Assembly: GCF_011386835.1 (NCBI RefSeq)
Contig: NC_088792.1
Coordinates: 77,314,001 to 77,378,000 of the forward strand
Reading direction: 5' to 3'
From: Chrysemys picta bellii
Taxonomy: Eukaryota
Length of the DNA stretch: 64,000 nt
The notes beneath the pieces were generated by a model, which was not told the origin of the DNA, did no database searches, and worked only from the letters and a program-made list of their open reading frames with translations. A program made the translations under genes and the position numbers. This document shows, piece after piece, positions 40,601-54,317 of the stretch. Position 1 is the first letter of the stretch. Every line of letters starts with the position of its first letter.

Positions 40601-41861
40601 CTGTGAAATGATCCAAAACAAAGAAATGTCATTTGCACTGTTCACATCCTCTAATATGCATACTGAGCTAAAATATAACAAGGTCTAGAAAAGTAGGGCA
40701 GGTATAACTGTGTCTACATTTTAGTTTCTCAGCAGTAAAAGGCTAACATATGAGGTACTGTATTTAAAAGTGCTGACTTTCGAAAACCAGGATGACATAT
40801 TGTCATGGGCTGGACTCCACTGGATGCAGACTATATTTTGACAGCTCTGAGCCCTGTAAAGATGAAAGTATGTTGCATAGTTGACATCTCTCTTTTTTAC
40901 TTTAATTGTCATTTCACAATCCTTTCCCTCTCACTGCTGTGTTTGCTGCAGCTCTGCCTAATATTGATGGCACCATTAGTTCAACTATGAGGCAAGGAAG
41001 GGACTCCTCATCTCTCAGGGGATCCCACCTGCATTACCTCTGCAGTGCTTGTATTCTTCACCCTGCATAGTGCAGAGGAAGGCTGAGCTTGGTAACACTT
41101 TCTGCCTTGGCAGAAAGTGCCAGCATATTCTAAAGCCGGAACAATTATCACTAACCCTAATGTCAGTGCCCCACAGCAAGTCAGTGTGTCCGTCCTACTC
41201 TTCTGAACATAGTAAGGATTATAGGCAGTGGTTAAACATATAGTGAGATCTTCTGCCATCTCTCTCTCAGACAGATTAGATAGATTGAGAAGTGAAACTT
41301 TTGGCAGCTTTGAGGTCTCTGGCAAGTCTCTCTTTCCCCTTTGGCCTCAGCAGCAGAAGTTTTCCTGTTCAGTTAATCCTAGCAGGATGATTACAATAGT
41401 AGACAGAATTCTGCCAAACTTGTAGCTCTTACTGATGTCAGTGAGAGCTGCACATGCAACCAGGTTTACATTTATTTAGAGAAGCTAAATTCATCCCAAG
41501 CAGCACTGAGCGATGGAATTCTCAGGTCAATGGGAGCGGTCAGTCCTCTGCACCATTCAAGGTCAGGGCCAAAGGATGGTAATATACATAAAATCATCAC
41601 TGCATACGCACTAAAACTGGTATTAAACTGTTAAATTTGGGATTTCTCATCAACTACATGCTTAATTTCAGGCTAACAAGAGGGACCTCTCTCTGATTTA
41701 TTTTTAGGGCCAGATCCTCAGCTGATGTAAATCAGTGTCGCTCCATTCATTTCAATTTATAGTGGTTGACAATCTGGCAATGTGATGTTTTATTTCAAAT
41801 GAAATCCAGACCTACTTTAAATAACTGTCACTTACTTTTAAGCATCTATTGAAAACATATA

Positions 41862-42277
41862 GGCCTCATTCACAATCACACTAAGGCTAGGTCTACAATA
41901 CCCGCCTGAATCGGCGGGTAGAAATCGACCTCTCGGGAATCGATTTATCGCGTCCCGTCGGGACGCGACAATCGATCCCCGAATCGACGCTCTTACTCCA
42001 CCAGCGGAGGTGGGAGTAAGCGCCGTCGACAGGAAGCCGCAGAGGTCGATTTTGCCGCCGTCCTCACAGCGGGGTAAGTCGGCTGCGATACGTCGAATTC
42101 AGCTACGCTATTCACGTAGCTGAATTTGCGTATCTTAAATCGACTCCCCCCTGTAGTGTAGATGTAGCCTAAGGCAACTTTACACCTATCCATGTCAAAG
42201 GGCCGTGCAGGGGGAGTCAATTTTACTTACGCTTCCAGAGCAGTGTAAAAGGCCTTAATGTAAATGAGACTCAGGCC
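41862..42277. mobile_element. Older palindromic MITE hosting a nested Harbinger MITE
   Basis: Ends ggcctcattcacaatcacactaaggc / cagtgtaaaaggccttaatgtaaatgagactcaggcc; a relative lies at about 45160-45290. Confidence 0.6.
41885..42169. mobile_element. Young CpG-rich non-autonomous Harbinger MITE (285 bp)
   Basis: TIRs ggctaggtctacaata / tagtgtagatgtagcc; TAA TSD on both sides; very high CpG content. Confidence 0.92.
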
Positions 42278-44618
42278 CATACGTTCACAAAAATCCCAGC
42301 CTGTAAGGTCTCATTCCTCTCAGTCTAAAACAAGTCAACTAATCTGAAACACAACAAAAGGGCCTGAAACTAAAGTACCAAGTGAAGCAACACTTCCGCC
42401 CTGGCAATAACTCGATATATTCATTACATTTAACAACAATTCGTTGAAGAATCCCTCCTGGTCTGCTCCCACAGTAAATGAATAGGCAAAGGCAAAACTC
42501 CCACTGAAGCAAACAAGGGGTTTGCCTGAATTAGGCCAACAAGATTGGGTCCTCTATGAATTCTGGATAATGACCATAACATTTTTAGTAAGTAAAGGAA
42601 GCATGTTTTTATTCTGCTTGCAGCTATATTTAAGCAAATCCTCTTTTCTGAGTTTTTTCCTTTTTGCTCTAAGTGCCAGGTCTAGTTGTATCCTGTTAGT
42701 AAAGAGGCCTAGGGGTTCTTGTCTTTTATGCCTTATGCAGTGTTGATCTCAGGATATTGGATAGACGTGGTGGTAAGATCATATCTTTTATTGAACCACC
42801 TACCGTTGGTGAGAGACAAGTTTTCAGGCTTACACAATGTTCTTCTTCATGTCTGGACTCTATGTAAGCTCGAAAGCTTGTCTCTCTCACCAGGAGAAGT
42901 TGGTCCAAGAGAAGATACTACCTCACCCACTTTGTCTCTTTGTTATGCTTTATAGAACACTCATGCACTTCCACCACTGCAGAATAGGAAAAAATAGTCC
43001 TCTGGTGTCATAAGAATATTTACTGTGATTCACTGAGGCATATTGCTGTGGAAAAATTATAAAATAGCGTTTCATCAAGGAGAGAGGTACTTACAGAACC
43101 TAAACTGAAATGAGAGAACCTTTCAAGATGCTTGTCGTTCCCATTTCAAGGCAAATGAAACAATAATAAATATTATGAAAGAAAGCAAATCTGTAACCAG
43201 AACATTTTTAATAAAGGAAAAAGTTTTCTTTTCTATAAAAATCAGTGAAACACAAATGGATCTAGCCCACTCTTCATTTAGGTGCTTTTCTTTAAAAACA
43301 TCCAAAAAAAAAAATCTATCAACAGTTCATTTGCAGGCCAAGAAGGGAAAGTCCTTTTCTTACCTGAGCAAGGAATTTTTCCCTATTAGCCCAGCTAATT
43401 TATTGCTTTTTAGTTGTCCAGTTTTATTTTCACTTCTGCTCTCTCCTATCTGCTCAAAATGAGTGAAGTGTAGGTCTTCTGCTTTAGCTGTCTGGGGGAG
43501 TGGAGGGGTGAAGGAGGAATTTGTTTTGCAATCCAATTAGGCCCACAATAAATCAGTAGTCAGTCAACTCGATATGGTACATGGTGAGGAAATAACTGTC
43601 AGTTTTCGGTTAAGGATATACCTGTATGTCAGCCCTGATTGAAAGCTTTTTCTGCTGTCCTGGAGCAAGGCAGGATGGCACTGTCACCTCTGACTCCATT
43701 GCCAGTGATGGGAAAGTAGGTGTAAGTGTCAGCCCCATTGTGTGTGATCCAGGACATTAACATCCTAGACGGCACACCAGGTGTCTGTATGCGATTCCCA
43801 GATTGAGGACGAAGGGCTCAATCCCAGCCCTTGCTGCTTTGATGCACAAATTGGGTGCATAGAGGAAGGCCCAGCTAACTAACCCAAGGAGAGATTATCT
43901 GAATCTTAGGAGTCATGTTCTGGTCCCCAAGCCAGCGAGTTCATAAACTACTGTCAGTAACAAGTGCTAGCTGGCAAACTGTGGGCACACACTTTGCTGC
44001 TGCTCAAAGGAGCGGCAAAATATATCCCACAGTGCAATACCCTAGTCCCTGCAAATGCTATCCCCACCCATATTCCCGGATGGCAGAATCCCTGGAGGAA
44101 CATAAACACTGGATGGAATCTCTGATCCCTGTCACTACAATGGACGGGGTGGAATGTGGTACTAAAAGCTAAGACAACAGGCCTTTATTCCACATGCTTC
44201 CTAACATTTGCGGATTCTTCTCTTATAGCTTTTGCGGGTAGCTTTTGCTACAGTTAAGATCATTACGTTATAATCAAGAAAGCAACAACAGTTTAAAGCA
44301 ATACATTTATCATGTCAATTTACGAAGGCTTGAGGGTAAATGGAATATTGTAAGCGGAAAAGATGTACTAGATTCCTTCAGAGCAGCATTACTTGAACTA
44401 TGATTAACACTAGCAAAGGCCTTGGGAAATGTTAATGGCCTTGTACAGCAAATCCCCCGGAATTCCTGGTTTACTGAACAATTTGTGGCAAGCAGGTTGC
44501 ACGTGTAAGAACATTTGTATATGAACTGCCCTATTGTAACTTTCGCTCACTCTTATTCCCCTTTCATTCAAATGCACAAACGCGCAGCCTGCATGCTCGC
44601 TCTCTCTCCCCCTCTCAC

Positions 44619-44673
44619 CTCTTTCCTGGCCCGCTGGACTTGTTTCTCCAGTTCCTCAGGTATCATCTTACCT
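44619..44673 (-). CDS. GADL1: GADL1 exon 8 (55 nt)
   Basis: ccttag|A GGT AAG...AAA GAG|gtgaga; (R)GKMIPEELEKQVQRARKE. Confidence 0.96.
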
Positions 44674-44784
44674 CTAAGGGACACAGATTTAAAACTTTTT
44701 CAGTTATGTTCAAATAGGTTACTTACTTACAGCACTACTGCATTTTAAAAGGATCAGACCATGGCAGTGGCTCTGTTTACTTAC

Positions 44785-44864
44785 CTTGCATCTGTTGTGA
44801 TGAAGTAAACATTCTGCGTGCCAATGCCCAGGAAAGAAGCTGCCTTGTTCATGGAGTAATGACA
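44785..44864 (-). CDS. GADL1: GADL1 exon 7 (80 nt)
   Basis: actcag|TGT CAT...GCA AG|gtaagt; CHYSMNKAASFLGIGTQNVYFITTDA. Confidence 0.96.
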
Positions 44865-47829
44865 CTGAGTAAATGAAAAGAAGACATCAAAAAAGTAAAC
44901 CAACAAGCAATTAAAAAAACTTGACATGGCATATAACGACATCAATATTTGACCATGGTCACATCACTAACTATATTTCCTAATGCAAACAACAAATTGT
45001 GAATGCTGTGCAGAAACAAGATCGCTAAAGTCAAATGACATGCACTGAATAGTACAATAGATAATGAGGCAAAGAGTAATGTGGTCCACATTTAAGATAC
45101 TGATAAAAAGATACCATAACAATATCTTCACACAAGTGTGCACACACAAAACCTGCTTCTCATTTATACTAAAGACACTGTATACAGCTCAAAGGGGCCT
45201 TAAAAGTAGAAGTAAACATACACTAGTCCACTTTACATCACTCTAGCAGTGTGAAGGGGCCTTAAAGTAGGCGTTTACATTATGAGAGTGGTGGAAAGTG
45301 GCTTTAGTGTGAATAAGAATCAAGTCAACAATCTCAGCATTGTAGTTTTTCTTCTGTTTAATGCAAAGATTCAGAGTTTCATATTTTACCATATTTCTAA
45401 ATTTCATCTTTGTGACCTAGGGCTTCACTATTCATGGAGTTATTCTGAAGTAACTCCATGTGAAGACACTTACCCCAAAATAAGAGTACCTTGTTCTGGT
45501 TTATCATCGTTCATGGTCACAGTTAGCTATTGCACTTTAAATTCACACCCTGCCTTAATCCAAATTAACTTTCAAGTTTAGACAAGCCTTTAGGATTCCA
45601 TCCTGCAAGGTACTGAGAAGCACCTGCAAGATGCTAAATGCATTCATCTCCCATAGGAGCTAGTAGATCCTGATGCACCCTTAGCATCTCACACGAGCTC
45701 TCAGGAACTTGCAGGATTAAGCTTGCCCTAAATCTGAATGGGTATTTTAAAATTGCTCTTGTTGGAAAATAGAAGCAAATCCTTCATGTTATTATTTTAG
45801 GGGTTAAAATAACATACATTCCAACAACCCTGAAGATATCTAGAATTGTTTCTCATCATACAGGAGGTGAAGCCAGGTGATTGATTAATTCCATTTTCTT
45901 CCAGAGGGTTCACACAAAAGCAGTTACAGAGGAACATAATTATGAAAAATGTACAGCACTTTAATGTGTGGGTATGAATATATTAAGGGTATTCAAGCCT
46001 GTCACGCTTATTTTGATGAGATGGATCATCTCAAAGGGTTTTTTTTTTCCTTTTTTTTTTTTTAAAAAGAACAGGAAGATTTTTTCCTTTCAACTAAATG
46101 CACACAAAATACTAACAGCTAATATCAGTCAATCTTAAAACTGTTTAATTTTTTAACATGACACATTCACAAAACCTTTAGGACTCATTCATTTAGACTA
46201 TTGCAAGAATAATAGTATACATAGGTGGATAATTAATCTTGTGTTACATCAAATTACATCACTAATTGGTAATATATTATAGAGCTGCAATGTTTTTTTG
46301 TTCATGAGAGATTCGGACTCCAGCAACAGAGAGTTTCAAATGACTTCTGAATGATTAAATAAGTAATTAATAACTGCAATGAAACAAACAAAAAAGCGTT
46401 TATACCACTGACTTTTACCACTATGTTCAAATGAAAAGCATGACACTGAGTCACTGGGAATAATCAAATTGCTCCAGAAAGCAATGGATCTGCAAAATCT
46501 AGAAGTTGGTAGATAAAAGCAGATCACCAAATCGTAGATCTTATTATGAAATGTGGACATAAGTGCAGCTGCAGCATTTGAGATACTGAGAAACAAAAAA
46601 AATGGGAACTGACTGAATCCCTAAGGAAAACAACATGTAGATGTGTCATTTCTGGACTTTTAAGAGTCCAATCTGCTCCCACTGAAATAGGAGTTGTGCC
46701 TTGGATTTCAATGGGAGCAGAAACAGGCCATAAGTGTATGGCCAGAAGCTATCATTGTAAAGAGGATAAGAGTTGTGCTAAAGCATAGCTTTGGAGGGCT
46801 TCCATCACTGGACTAAAAGAAAAAAATAGTCTCCAATATACTGGCTCCAAAATATACTGTTTATTATTTGCTAAACACACTAATGTAATAAGTTATATAG
46901 CATCATTTTAGCAAAAGATGCACAGGTATTTACAGAAACTACAGTCAATCTACAGTGTCAATCCATTTATAAGACGGCTTAGAGTTCCTATTTTAAGTAA
47001 GCTCTTTGCAATCTTCTTTTGAGGAATATCTTTAACAATTCAGGTTGAAAAAAGAAACCTTTTCAAAGCACAAGACCAAACTGAATACCAGTACATTTAA
47101 AATGGGGTGGGGGGAGAGTATATGGGATTATTTTGACTAGGGAATGAACAAGTTAGTATTTTTTGTTATAATTCCAAACACAATGTAACCTTGTCCTGCA
47201 CACAAAGATAATTTTTATTCTAATATTTTCTTGTTTTTGAAAAGTATTCTGGAAACCGGAGCACATAAAGCAATTATGTTGTTATGAGATGGCTTTATTA
47301 CTCATTATTTCTATTGTAATCTCAGTAGCAGAGCAGAGGGGATGCTTAATATTGTACTCTCATACTTAGTTTACAGGTCTGATCAAGTCACATTGCGGAG
47401 GGGTTCCATTTCATCACACCAAAAAACTACCAGGATTAAAGTATTCATTGCAATTTCTCATGCATTTCCTTTCTTCTCTTAGTCTCCATTTCACTACATT
47501 CTCATCTTTCTGGCCCACTATAATGTTATTATTCCCAAACAAAATCAGATAAGATTCAAATATAATGAAAAAGAAAAATGATAAAAATGTGGTTAATGAC
47601 TGTAGCTTGAGTTGTACTCAGTTCTGTATCACAGGTTCAGAAACACCAGCTAAAACTCAGGAAGGCAGGACACTAATAATTTTTCTGCTGCTGCTATCTC
47701 AAGCGTCACTGAGGAACTGTCCAGCAAAGATACGTGCAGTTTCCTCCATAAACCACCATTATTTCAAGTAGCTAAGGATTTTCTATCTCCTTGAGTTAGA
47801 GTGCATGTTATCTAAACTTACTTTACCTT

Positions 47830-48305
47830 ACAGCAAAAGAGCAGAGACTGCCTACAATGGCAGATAGCCAACCTGTGACTGCTAGCAGCAAATATCATCA
47901 ACGGATGGGACAGTAGAGGGGGAGGCTCTGAGTTACTACAGAGAATTTTTTCCCAGGTGTCTGGCTGGTGGGCCTTGCCCACATGCTCAGGGTCTAACTG
48001 ATTACCATATTTGGGGTTGGGAAGGAATTTCCCCCCCAAGTCAGATTGATAGAGACCCTGGGGGGCTTTTTCCTTCCTCTGCAGCATGGAGCACAGGTCA
48101 CTTGCAGGTTTAAACTAGTGTAAATGGTGAATTCGCTGTAACTTGAAGTGTTTAAACCATGATTTGAGGAATTCAGTAACTCAGCTAGAGGTTGGGGTCT
48201 ATTACAGGAGTGGGTGGGTGAGGTTCTGTGCCCTGCAATGTGAAGGAGGTCAGACTAGATGATCATGATGGTCCCTTCTGGCCTTAAAGTCTGAGAGAAG
48301 TCTAT
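47830..48305 (+). mobile_element. CR1 long 3' UTR fragment
   Basis: Ends ggaggtcagactagatgatcatgatggtcccttctggccttaaagtct..., the CR1 terminal motif. Confidence 0.8.
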
Positions 48306-48310
48306 ATTAG

Positions 48311-48512
48311 AAGTGCTATATCGGCGCAGTCTGGTAAAGACGCTCTATGCTGATGGGAGAGCGCTCTCCCATAGACATAATTACTCCACCTCTGCAAGAG
48401 GCAGAAGCTATGTTGGCAGGAGACAGCGCTTAGGTCACTGTAACCTGCGTCACTCGGGGAGGAGTGGGAGGGTGTTTTTCTCACACCCCTGAGCAACGTA
48501 AGTTAGATCAAC
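48311..48512. mobile_element. Truncated Harbinger MITE
   Basis: Shares internal motifs (gatgggagagcgctctccc, ttactccacc, gtcactcggggg) with 27192-27472 and 23173-23414. Confidence 0.6.
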
Positions 48513-48729
48513 AGACCTGCCCTCAGTCTAACACCTCCTGAAAAACAGTACCACATTGGCACTGAGTGCCTGCCTAAGAACACCAGTGCTGTGCAACACT
48601 AACAGACCACCTCTTATAGTGCTAAAACTCAAATATAAGACATGGTTTTGAGACTAAGTCTTAAAACGAGGGACGTATAGCAGTCAGTATGCTCTGACCA
48701 CTGATGATACTGCTCAGTATCAGCTCATT

Positions 48730-48900
48730 GTTTCCCTGTGCTCCCTCATCTGTTTGTCTTATCCACTTCTTGTCTCAACTTAGATGGTAAGCTCTGCAGG
48801 GCAGAGGCCATCTCTTTCTTGTATGTTTGTACAGTGCCCATCACAGCAGGTCCCTGGCCTTTAGGTACTATTCAATACAAATAAACAAAACATAATAAAT
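48730..48900 (+). mobile_element. L2/SINE 3' tail
   Basis: ttagatggtaagctctgcagggcagagg...gtacagtgccc...tacaaataaac(aat)n. Confidence 0.6.
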
Positions 48901-49219
48901 AATTAATAATAGAAAGTCGACATTACAGTGCATCAACTTCTTGAGTTTAAGCAGTTTTTCATATAACCTCAATAATCAATCATATCTGAGGCAAACTATT
49001 TTGAAAAACAGAAGTGAGATAATACCAAATCTGGGTGGAACAGAGGTAAACATGGGTCAAAAATTAGGATCTCTACAAATGGGATCTCCTCCCTCTTAAA
49101 CTGATAAATGTTCTAGCACTTCTGTACAATGCCCATTAACATAACTAAAGATATTACAACAAATGCTACGGGCACAGGTAGACGTACTGCGTATGTAGGT
49201 ACCAAAGAGAGAGAGAGAG

Positions 49220-49530
49220 GAAGGATGGCTTTCTGGTTAAGGTAATAAACAGGGACTCAGGGCAGCTGGGTTCAGTCCCTGGCACTGCCACAGAATTTTT
49301 CTCTTATCTTGGGCAAGCCATGTGAGCTTCCTGTGTCCAAGTTCCCATTTGAAAAACTGGGATAAGCCTTTGCCTTGTCCATTTAGATTGTAAGCTTTTG
49401 GGGGCTGTAAGCACTTAAGGGTAGGCACTGTACTATTACTGTATTTGTATATATTTCCAAGCAAAATGGGGCCCAGATCTCACTGGGGCTTCTAGCTGCT
49501 ATTGTAACAGAAGTAATAATAATAATAATT
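49220..49530 (+). mobile_element. Near-complete tRNA-derived CORE-SINE
   Basis: A-box-like tggctttctggtt, B-box-like gggttcagtccc, MIR core, L2-like tail, ending in (aat)n. Confidence 0.8.
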
Positions 49531-50282
49531 ATACCACCTGTGCCAATCTAATCTCAAACACAACTATACCTAACCTAGTTTGTTTAAAGGGTTGTGGATG
49601 TCACAAAGCCCAAGGGGCAGAGATGTAGGTGGGAGAAAAGAGGCTCTAATTAAAGGCTAAAACTCTGAAGGAGAATTGGTGCCAGTGGGCATCCCTCCTA
49701 CTACAGTCTCCCATCTGAGTTTTGCATATGTTGTGTTTGAAAGCTTTAAAACAGGAAGATGTTTTTAGATTCTTTGAAGTAGGTTATTAAATCAGCGTTT
49801 AGAGAGCTTCAGTGAAAGGTTTTGCCGGGATTCTCTTTGTTGGATTTGATTCTCCACTGCAGTCAAGCTGTGCTCAGAGCCAGTGGAGAAGGGGGGCTGC
49901 AGAGAGCCATTTGTAGCTTTCTGACTATTGATTGCCTGGCCCCAGCGTAAGCTGAAGCTGCAGGATAGCAGCTTTAACTTACACTACCGAGGTATGTTCC
50001 TGCTAGACCTTATGTCAGTGGGAAATCAGACAGAGGAGCTCTGTTTCACCACAACCTCTCCTTTTCCCAACACCAGAGATTGGCAGGAGATGGAGAGTTT
50101 CTCTGTGCAGGGGGAATTCACCACCAGCCATCTCCACACACCATGTTTCCCACTGTATAATGACAACCCTTTTATTATGCTTGGAACAGCATTAGACACA
50201 CAATGGAAATGTACAGCATATGCAAAAGAAAAAAAGTTCATTAATAAAAAGTCTATAATGAAGATGGGTGCAATTTCGTTAC

Positions 50283-50398
50283 CTCTTCTGATGTAAACAG
50301 GACCAGTCTTGGCAGCCCTGAAAGCCCCTTTTCCTTTATGTCAGGACAATATTTATACCTAGCTAAGTTCATAGCATACATATTAGAAACAGAGCCAC
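50283..50398 (-). CDS. GADL1: GADL1 exon 6 (116 nt)
   Basis: ttttacag|GT GGC...GAA GAG|gtaacg; GGSVSNMYAMNLARYKYCPDIKEKGLSGLPRLVLFTSEE. Confidence 0.97.
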
Positions 50399-50569
50399 CT
50401 GTAAAAAAAAAACACAACATATTCATTTATTATATTTTAGAAATTCAAACTAACAAGTAACTCTTGGCACTCATCTTGTGCTGTGGGCGCCTAGCCCATA
50501 AATTAAAACCACAAAACTAGCCTGTAAATATATCCATCATAGCCCAGTCCTTACTCAACAGCCTGAGAG

Positions 50570-50810
50570 ATGAGAGAAGAAAAGGAGGCTTTGCTGCTTG
50601 CTTGGAAGGTTAACAGATCTGGGCTGTAGTGGACCAAATGGCAGGGGAATGATTCCGGACACCAAGAAGTTCTCATAGAGAATGCCCGGTCACCAGTTCC
50701 TTCTTGTATACATTGTGGGAGCTCCCGCGCCTCTGCTGATCTCAATTGTGACAGTACACCACGGAGAGAGAGATGGTCCCTCAGGCAACCATGTCTCAAT
50801 CCATTTGGAA
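50570..50810 (-). mobile_element. L2 LINE 3' fragment
   Basis: gagagagatggtccctcaggcaaccatgtctcaatccattt resembles the reverse complement of the L2 LHWLP/YL region. Confidence 0.5.
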
Positions 50811-52502
50811 AGGAAAAAGGGGAAAGACAATTAGGAGGAACTGGAAGAAATAGAAGATCTCTGGGAGAAGATCTGGAAGGGAAATGGAAGAGCTCAAGGA
50901 GACAGATGGGATTTTTTTGAGGCAAGATTGGCTTATATAAAAATTCAGTTTTATGGAAGCTAGAAAATAAAGATACAGTTAATGTACTAAAGAACCTTTT
51001 AGTGTCCTCAGATATATTTTTAGTAAATTTGCTTTAAAAAAAAAAAAGTGCAGAACATGCCAGAGGTTTTTCTAAAACTATGCACAGAATCTAGGACCAA
51101 AAAAAAAAATCCACAAATTTGGTATAATTTCCCACAAATTTCCAATGTCTTTAATTATGGTTAATTTACTTTTCTACCACTTATTGGTGGGATACATTAA
51201 CTATTTCTCATCCCCTCCACTAACTATATTTTAACATTTGCTTCTTTGTCCACAAGAAGCAGATTGGAGAATCTTACAGCTTGGTATCTTGATACTAATA
51301 ATTCGGTACAGAAAGACTTGGGGATAAATTGTTACATTCCATTCTCCCCATGCACCTGTAGCTGAAATATATTGACAATATTGCTACTTTTTAAACAAAA
51401 AAAGTATTAAAATGTAGCCTTTAAAAAAATTTAACCAGAAATATTTCATGGTCTACCTGCTCATATCATTTCAAAACAGTATCACATCAAAAGGAGCTTG
51501 CTCAAGTCACTCCTACTAAGATAAACATTGATGCCCAAAATGTAGGAAGTTTACACAGAGGAGTACCTTGTCACACCATTGACTGGCTTTCAATTCAGAT
51601 AATTACAAAGATGCTGGCAGAGAAAAGAGTAACCAGGAATGGCCTTCAGGAAACGTGCTGGATGAACATGAGTTGTACATGATACACACGGATACAAAGA
51701 TGTAAAATACAGGGGTGCATTGTGTCTGACCCTCGTGTAGGTGCATGGGTCACGCATCTTGCACAAGGGACAGGCACAATCACAGCCCTGTGCTAGGGAC
51801 TGACAACCAGCTCAAAGGCTGACCCTTCGTAGCAGTCAGTGGAGCTGGCCAGCAGTACAGAAGGGAGCACTGCAGGGCGGTGCCAAATATGCACCCCTCC
51901 TACATGCTCCAGAGACACAGTCAACCTCTGAGGTAGTACAACTTCACCCCGCATCTCAGCAACGGGCTCTATGTAAACTATACAATGCGGCCCATAACAG
52001 CTAATACATTGCTTGGAGACTTCCTGCTCAATGTATTTCGTAAAGCACTTGTGGGCCTCTGAAACTATGACCCCTTTAAATGGCCCAGTCACACTCCAAA
52101 TTCAGTCTGAGTTGATTAGCTCATAGTGACATAGAACTGGAGCCTGAGACTGCTGCCCACTCAGGTCACTGAAGCTGATCTTACCATTGGTATTAATGAG
52201 AACCGGGTGGGCTCCAATTCCAGGGGCTCTAGAATTCGTTCTGTGTAATTTTTTATTAATTGAGCCCTACAGCTGTTTTCGTTTCATGTGACTATACAGA
52301 TTTATAGAATTCTTATTATGGTGGTCTAGAAGCTTGGGTAAAATAACTTTATTAAAGCTAGAAGTCCTTACGTCATCTAATTTTGTATGCTTTTTGGAGT
52401 ACGCTATACGAGTTAAATAAATCACAAAATTCTTAATCTGTAGCTCTCTGCAGTTTCTATAGGTTAGTTTGAAATTCAGAAGATGGAAGGCTGTTTTCTT
52501 AC

Positions 52503-52609
52503 CTGGATTAAATATGCCATCACCTTCTTTCCAGCCTATGAATTCAATCATTCTCTTCAGGACTGCTTCTTCCACTAACAAAAACACGGGGGACACCTCA
52601 TATGTATAT
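52503..52609 (-). CDS. GADL1: GADL1 exon 5 (107 nt)
   Basis: attcag|A TAT...CCA G|gtaaga; [35 protein letters not shown]. Confidence 0.97.
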
Positions 52610-52639
52610 CTGAATAAATATAAAAAGTATAATTATTGG

Positions 52640-52970
52640 CAATAGACTGCAGAACTCCTTGTCACAGGACATCATAGAGACTAAGAATTTAGCAAGATTC
52701 AAAGAGGGACTGGAGAGTTATATGGATAACAAGAATATCCAGAGTTTATAATGTTAATGATAAAAATAGATTTGGGAGGAAGATAAAATCTCATGCTTCT
52801 GGGTTTAAACTAATCTCTAACTATTAGGGGTTAGGAGGAAACTTCCCTCCGTGACAGTTTATCGCACATCAATCTACCGTGTGATTTCTTGCAACTTCCT
52901 CTGAAGCAACTGGTGCTGGATTTCAATACACCAAAGGTCTAATCCAGTATGGCAATTTACTCTGTTCCTA
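52640..52970 (+). mobile_element. CR1 3' fragment just upstream of the exon 5 acceptor
   Basis: gcagaactccttgtcacaggacatc...agcaagattcaaagagggactgga... through ggtctaatccagtatggcaatt. Confidence 0.7.
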
Positions 52971-54226
52971 ACAGCATCATAACACTGACCTTTACATTTT
53001 CAAAGCAATGCATAGGGATTTCAATCATGTGACTCAGATTAAGTGAATAACAGCTAATAAAACCATACGCTACTGGGGAAAATTACCCATTTTATGTAAG
53101 TTATTCTTTTGTTTACTACACCTTTACATCTGCCTGCCCAATCAGGAAGCCGTTTGTGTTCAGTTCAGTGCAGACTGTTTCAGAGGAGATACACACACTA
53201 TGCTCTCTCTTGGAGACTTTACTTTTGTGCTTTTTTAGTGTGTTGTTCTCATCATCAAAAACAGAAGTCACTCAGATTGAAAACGTGTATGGAAAACATA
53301 ACATCCACGAATGTAACTAGACAAATTTTTGTGGGTGCTAACTGTATGAGCTCCTGTTGCTTCTGTAGTTTGACACCCAAAACACTAAAGGCTCTCCCTA
53401 CCTGAAGCAATTGTACTTGGACCCTAGACTTCAGTTTTATCTTCCCAGTCTTGCTTGCACATATACATATACAACATTTGTGCAAATTCATTGTGGTGCC
53501 CATACTTAATACTATGTGGAGCAAATACTGAAGATGGCTGAAGGACTCCATTGGGCATGCTTACAACAGTTCAGCTAATATCAGTCCTAACTGTGGATCA
53601 ACTTTAAAATGCCAGTCCCAAAATGGGAAAAGTTTATTTAAGGGCATATAACTTTGGGATGCCATGGACAAGAAAGAAAAATGGATCAATTTAACACTTC
53701 ATACCAAACACAATGAAAACAAAAAATAAAATTTGTACCAGCCGCACCTTGAACACCTGGGAGCAAATTTGATCTCCATTATAATGGCATAAATCCCAAA
53801 TATCACCACTGAAGTTACCTTGGATTTACGTTGGTGGAAGTAAGATCAAAGTCCAGCTCATTGAGAGGACAGCCTTTATCTGAATAAGTTTGTTTTTAAA
53901 AGCATATCTAAATTGCATACCTAGATCCCCTAAATAAGAATAAATTTACAGGTAAAAGGGATGACAAACAAAAGCCCTTCAGTGGAGGATCTTTACTCCT
54001 AAATTAAGACCCACAGACTGAAAAAGGCTCCAACAGCTTAGCCAAGTTGACGTATATGGTTATGTGATGAAGAACCAAACTCTGTTATCCCCAGGTTCCT
54101 GCTAAAAGTCCTCTGTGTTAATGTAAACAGAAACCTGAAGTGGGTATTCATAATTTAAAAAAAAATCTGCAATGTTATAATAGTGTTCCAGGGTCATCTC
54201 AACGAGTACAAAAAAGGTACACTTAC

Positions 54227-54317
54227 ACACTTGGGTTTAATGCTTCTGTAATGAAACGAGCCACTAAAGAGTAATAATCAATACCAGCATACAACTGATT
54301 GAAAAATCTTGGATGAT
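54227..54317 (-). CDS. GADL1: GADL1 exon 4 (91 nt)
   Basis: ctgcag|AT CAT...AGT GT|gtaagt; (N)HPRFFNQLYAGIDYYSLVARFITEALNPS. NQLY separates GADL1 from CSAD (NQLF) and GAD (NQLS). Confidence 0.97.

Noticed and set aside
41090-41120. Perfect dyad CTTTCTGCC-tt-GGCAGAAAG
   Set aside because: A single 9-bp stem with no TSD, family or RNA-gene context.
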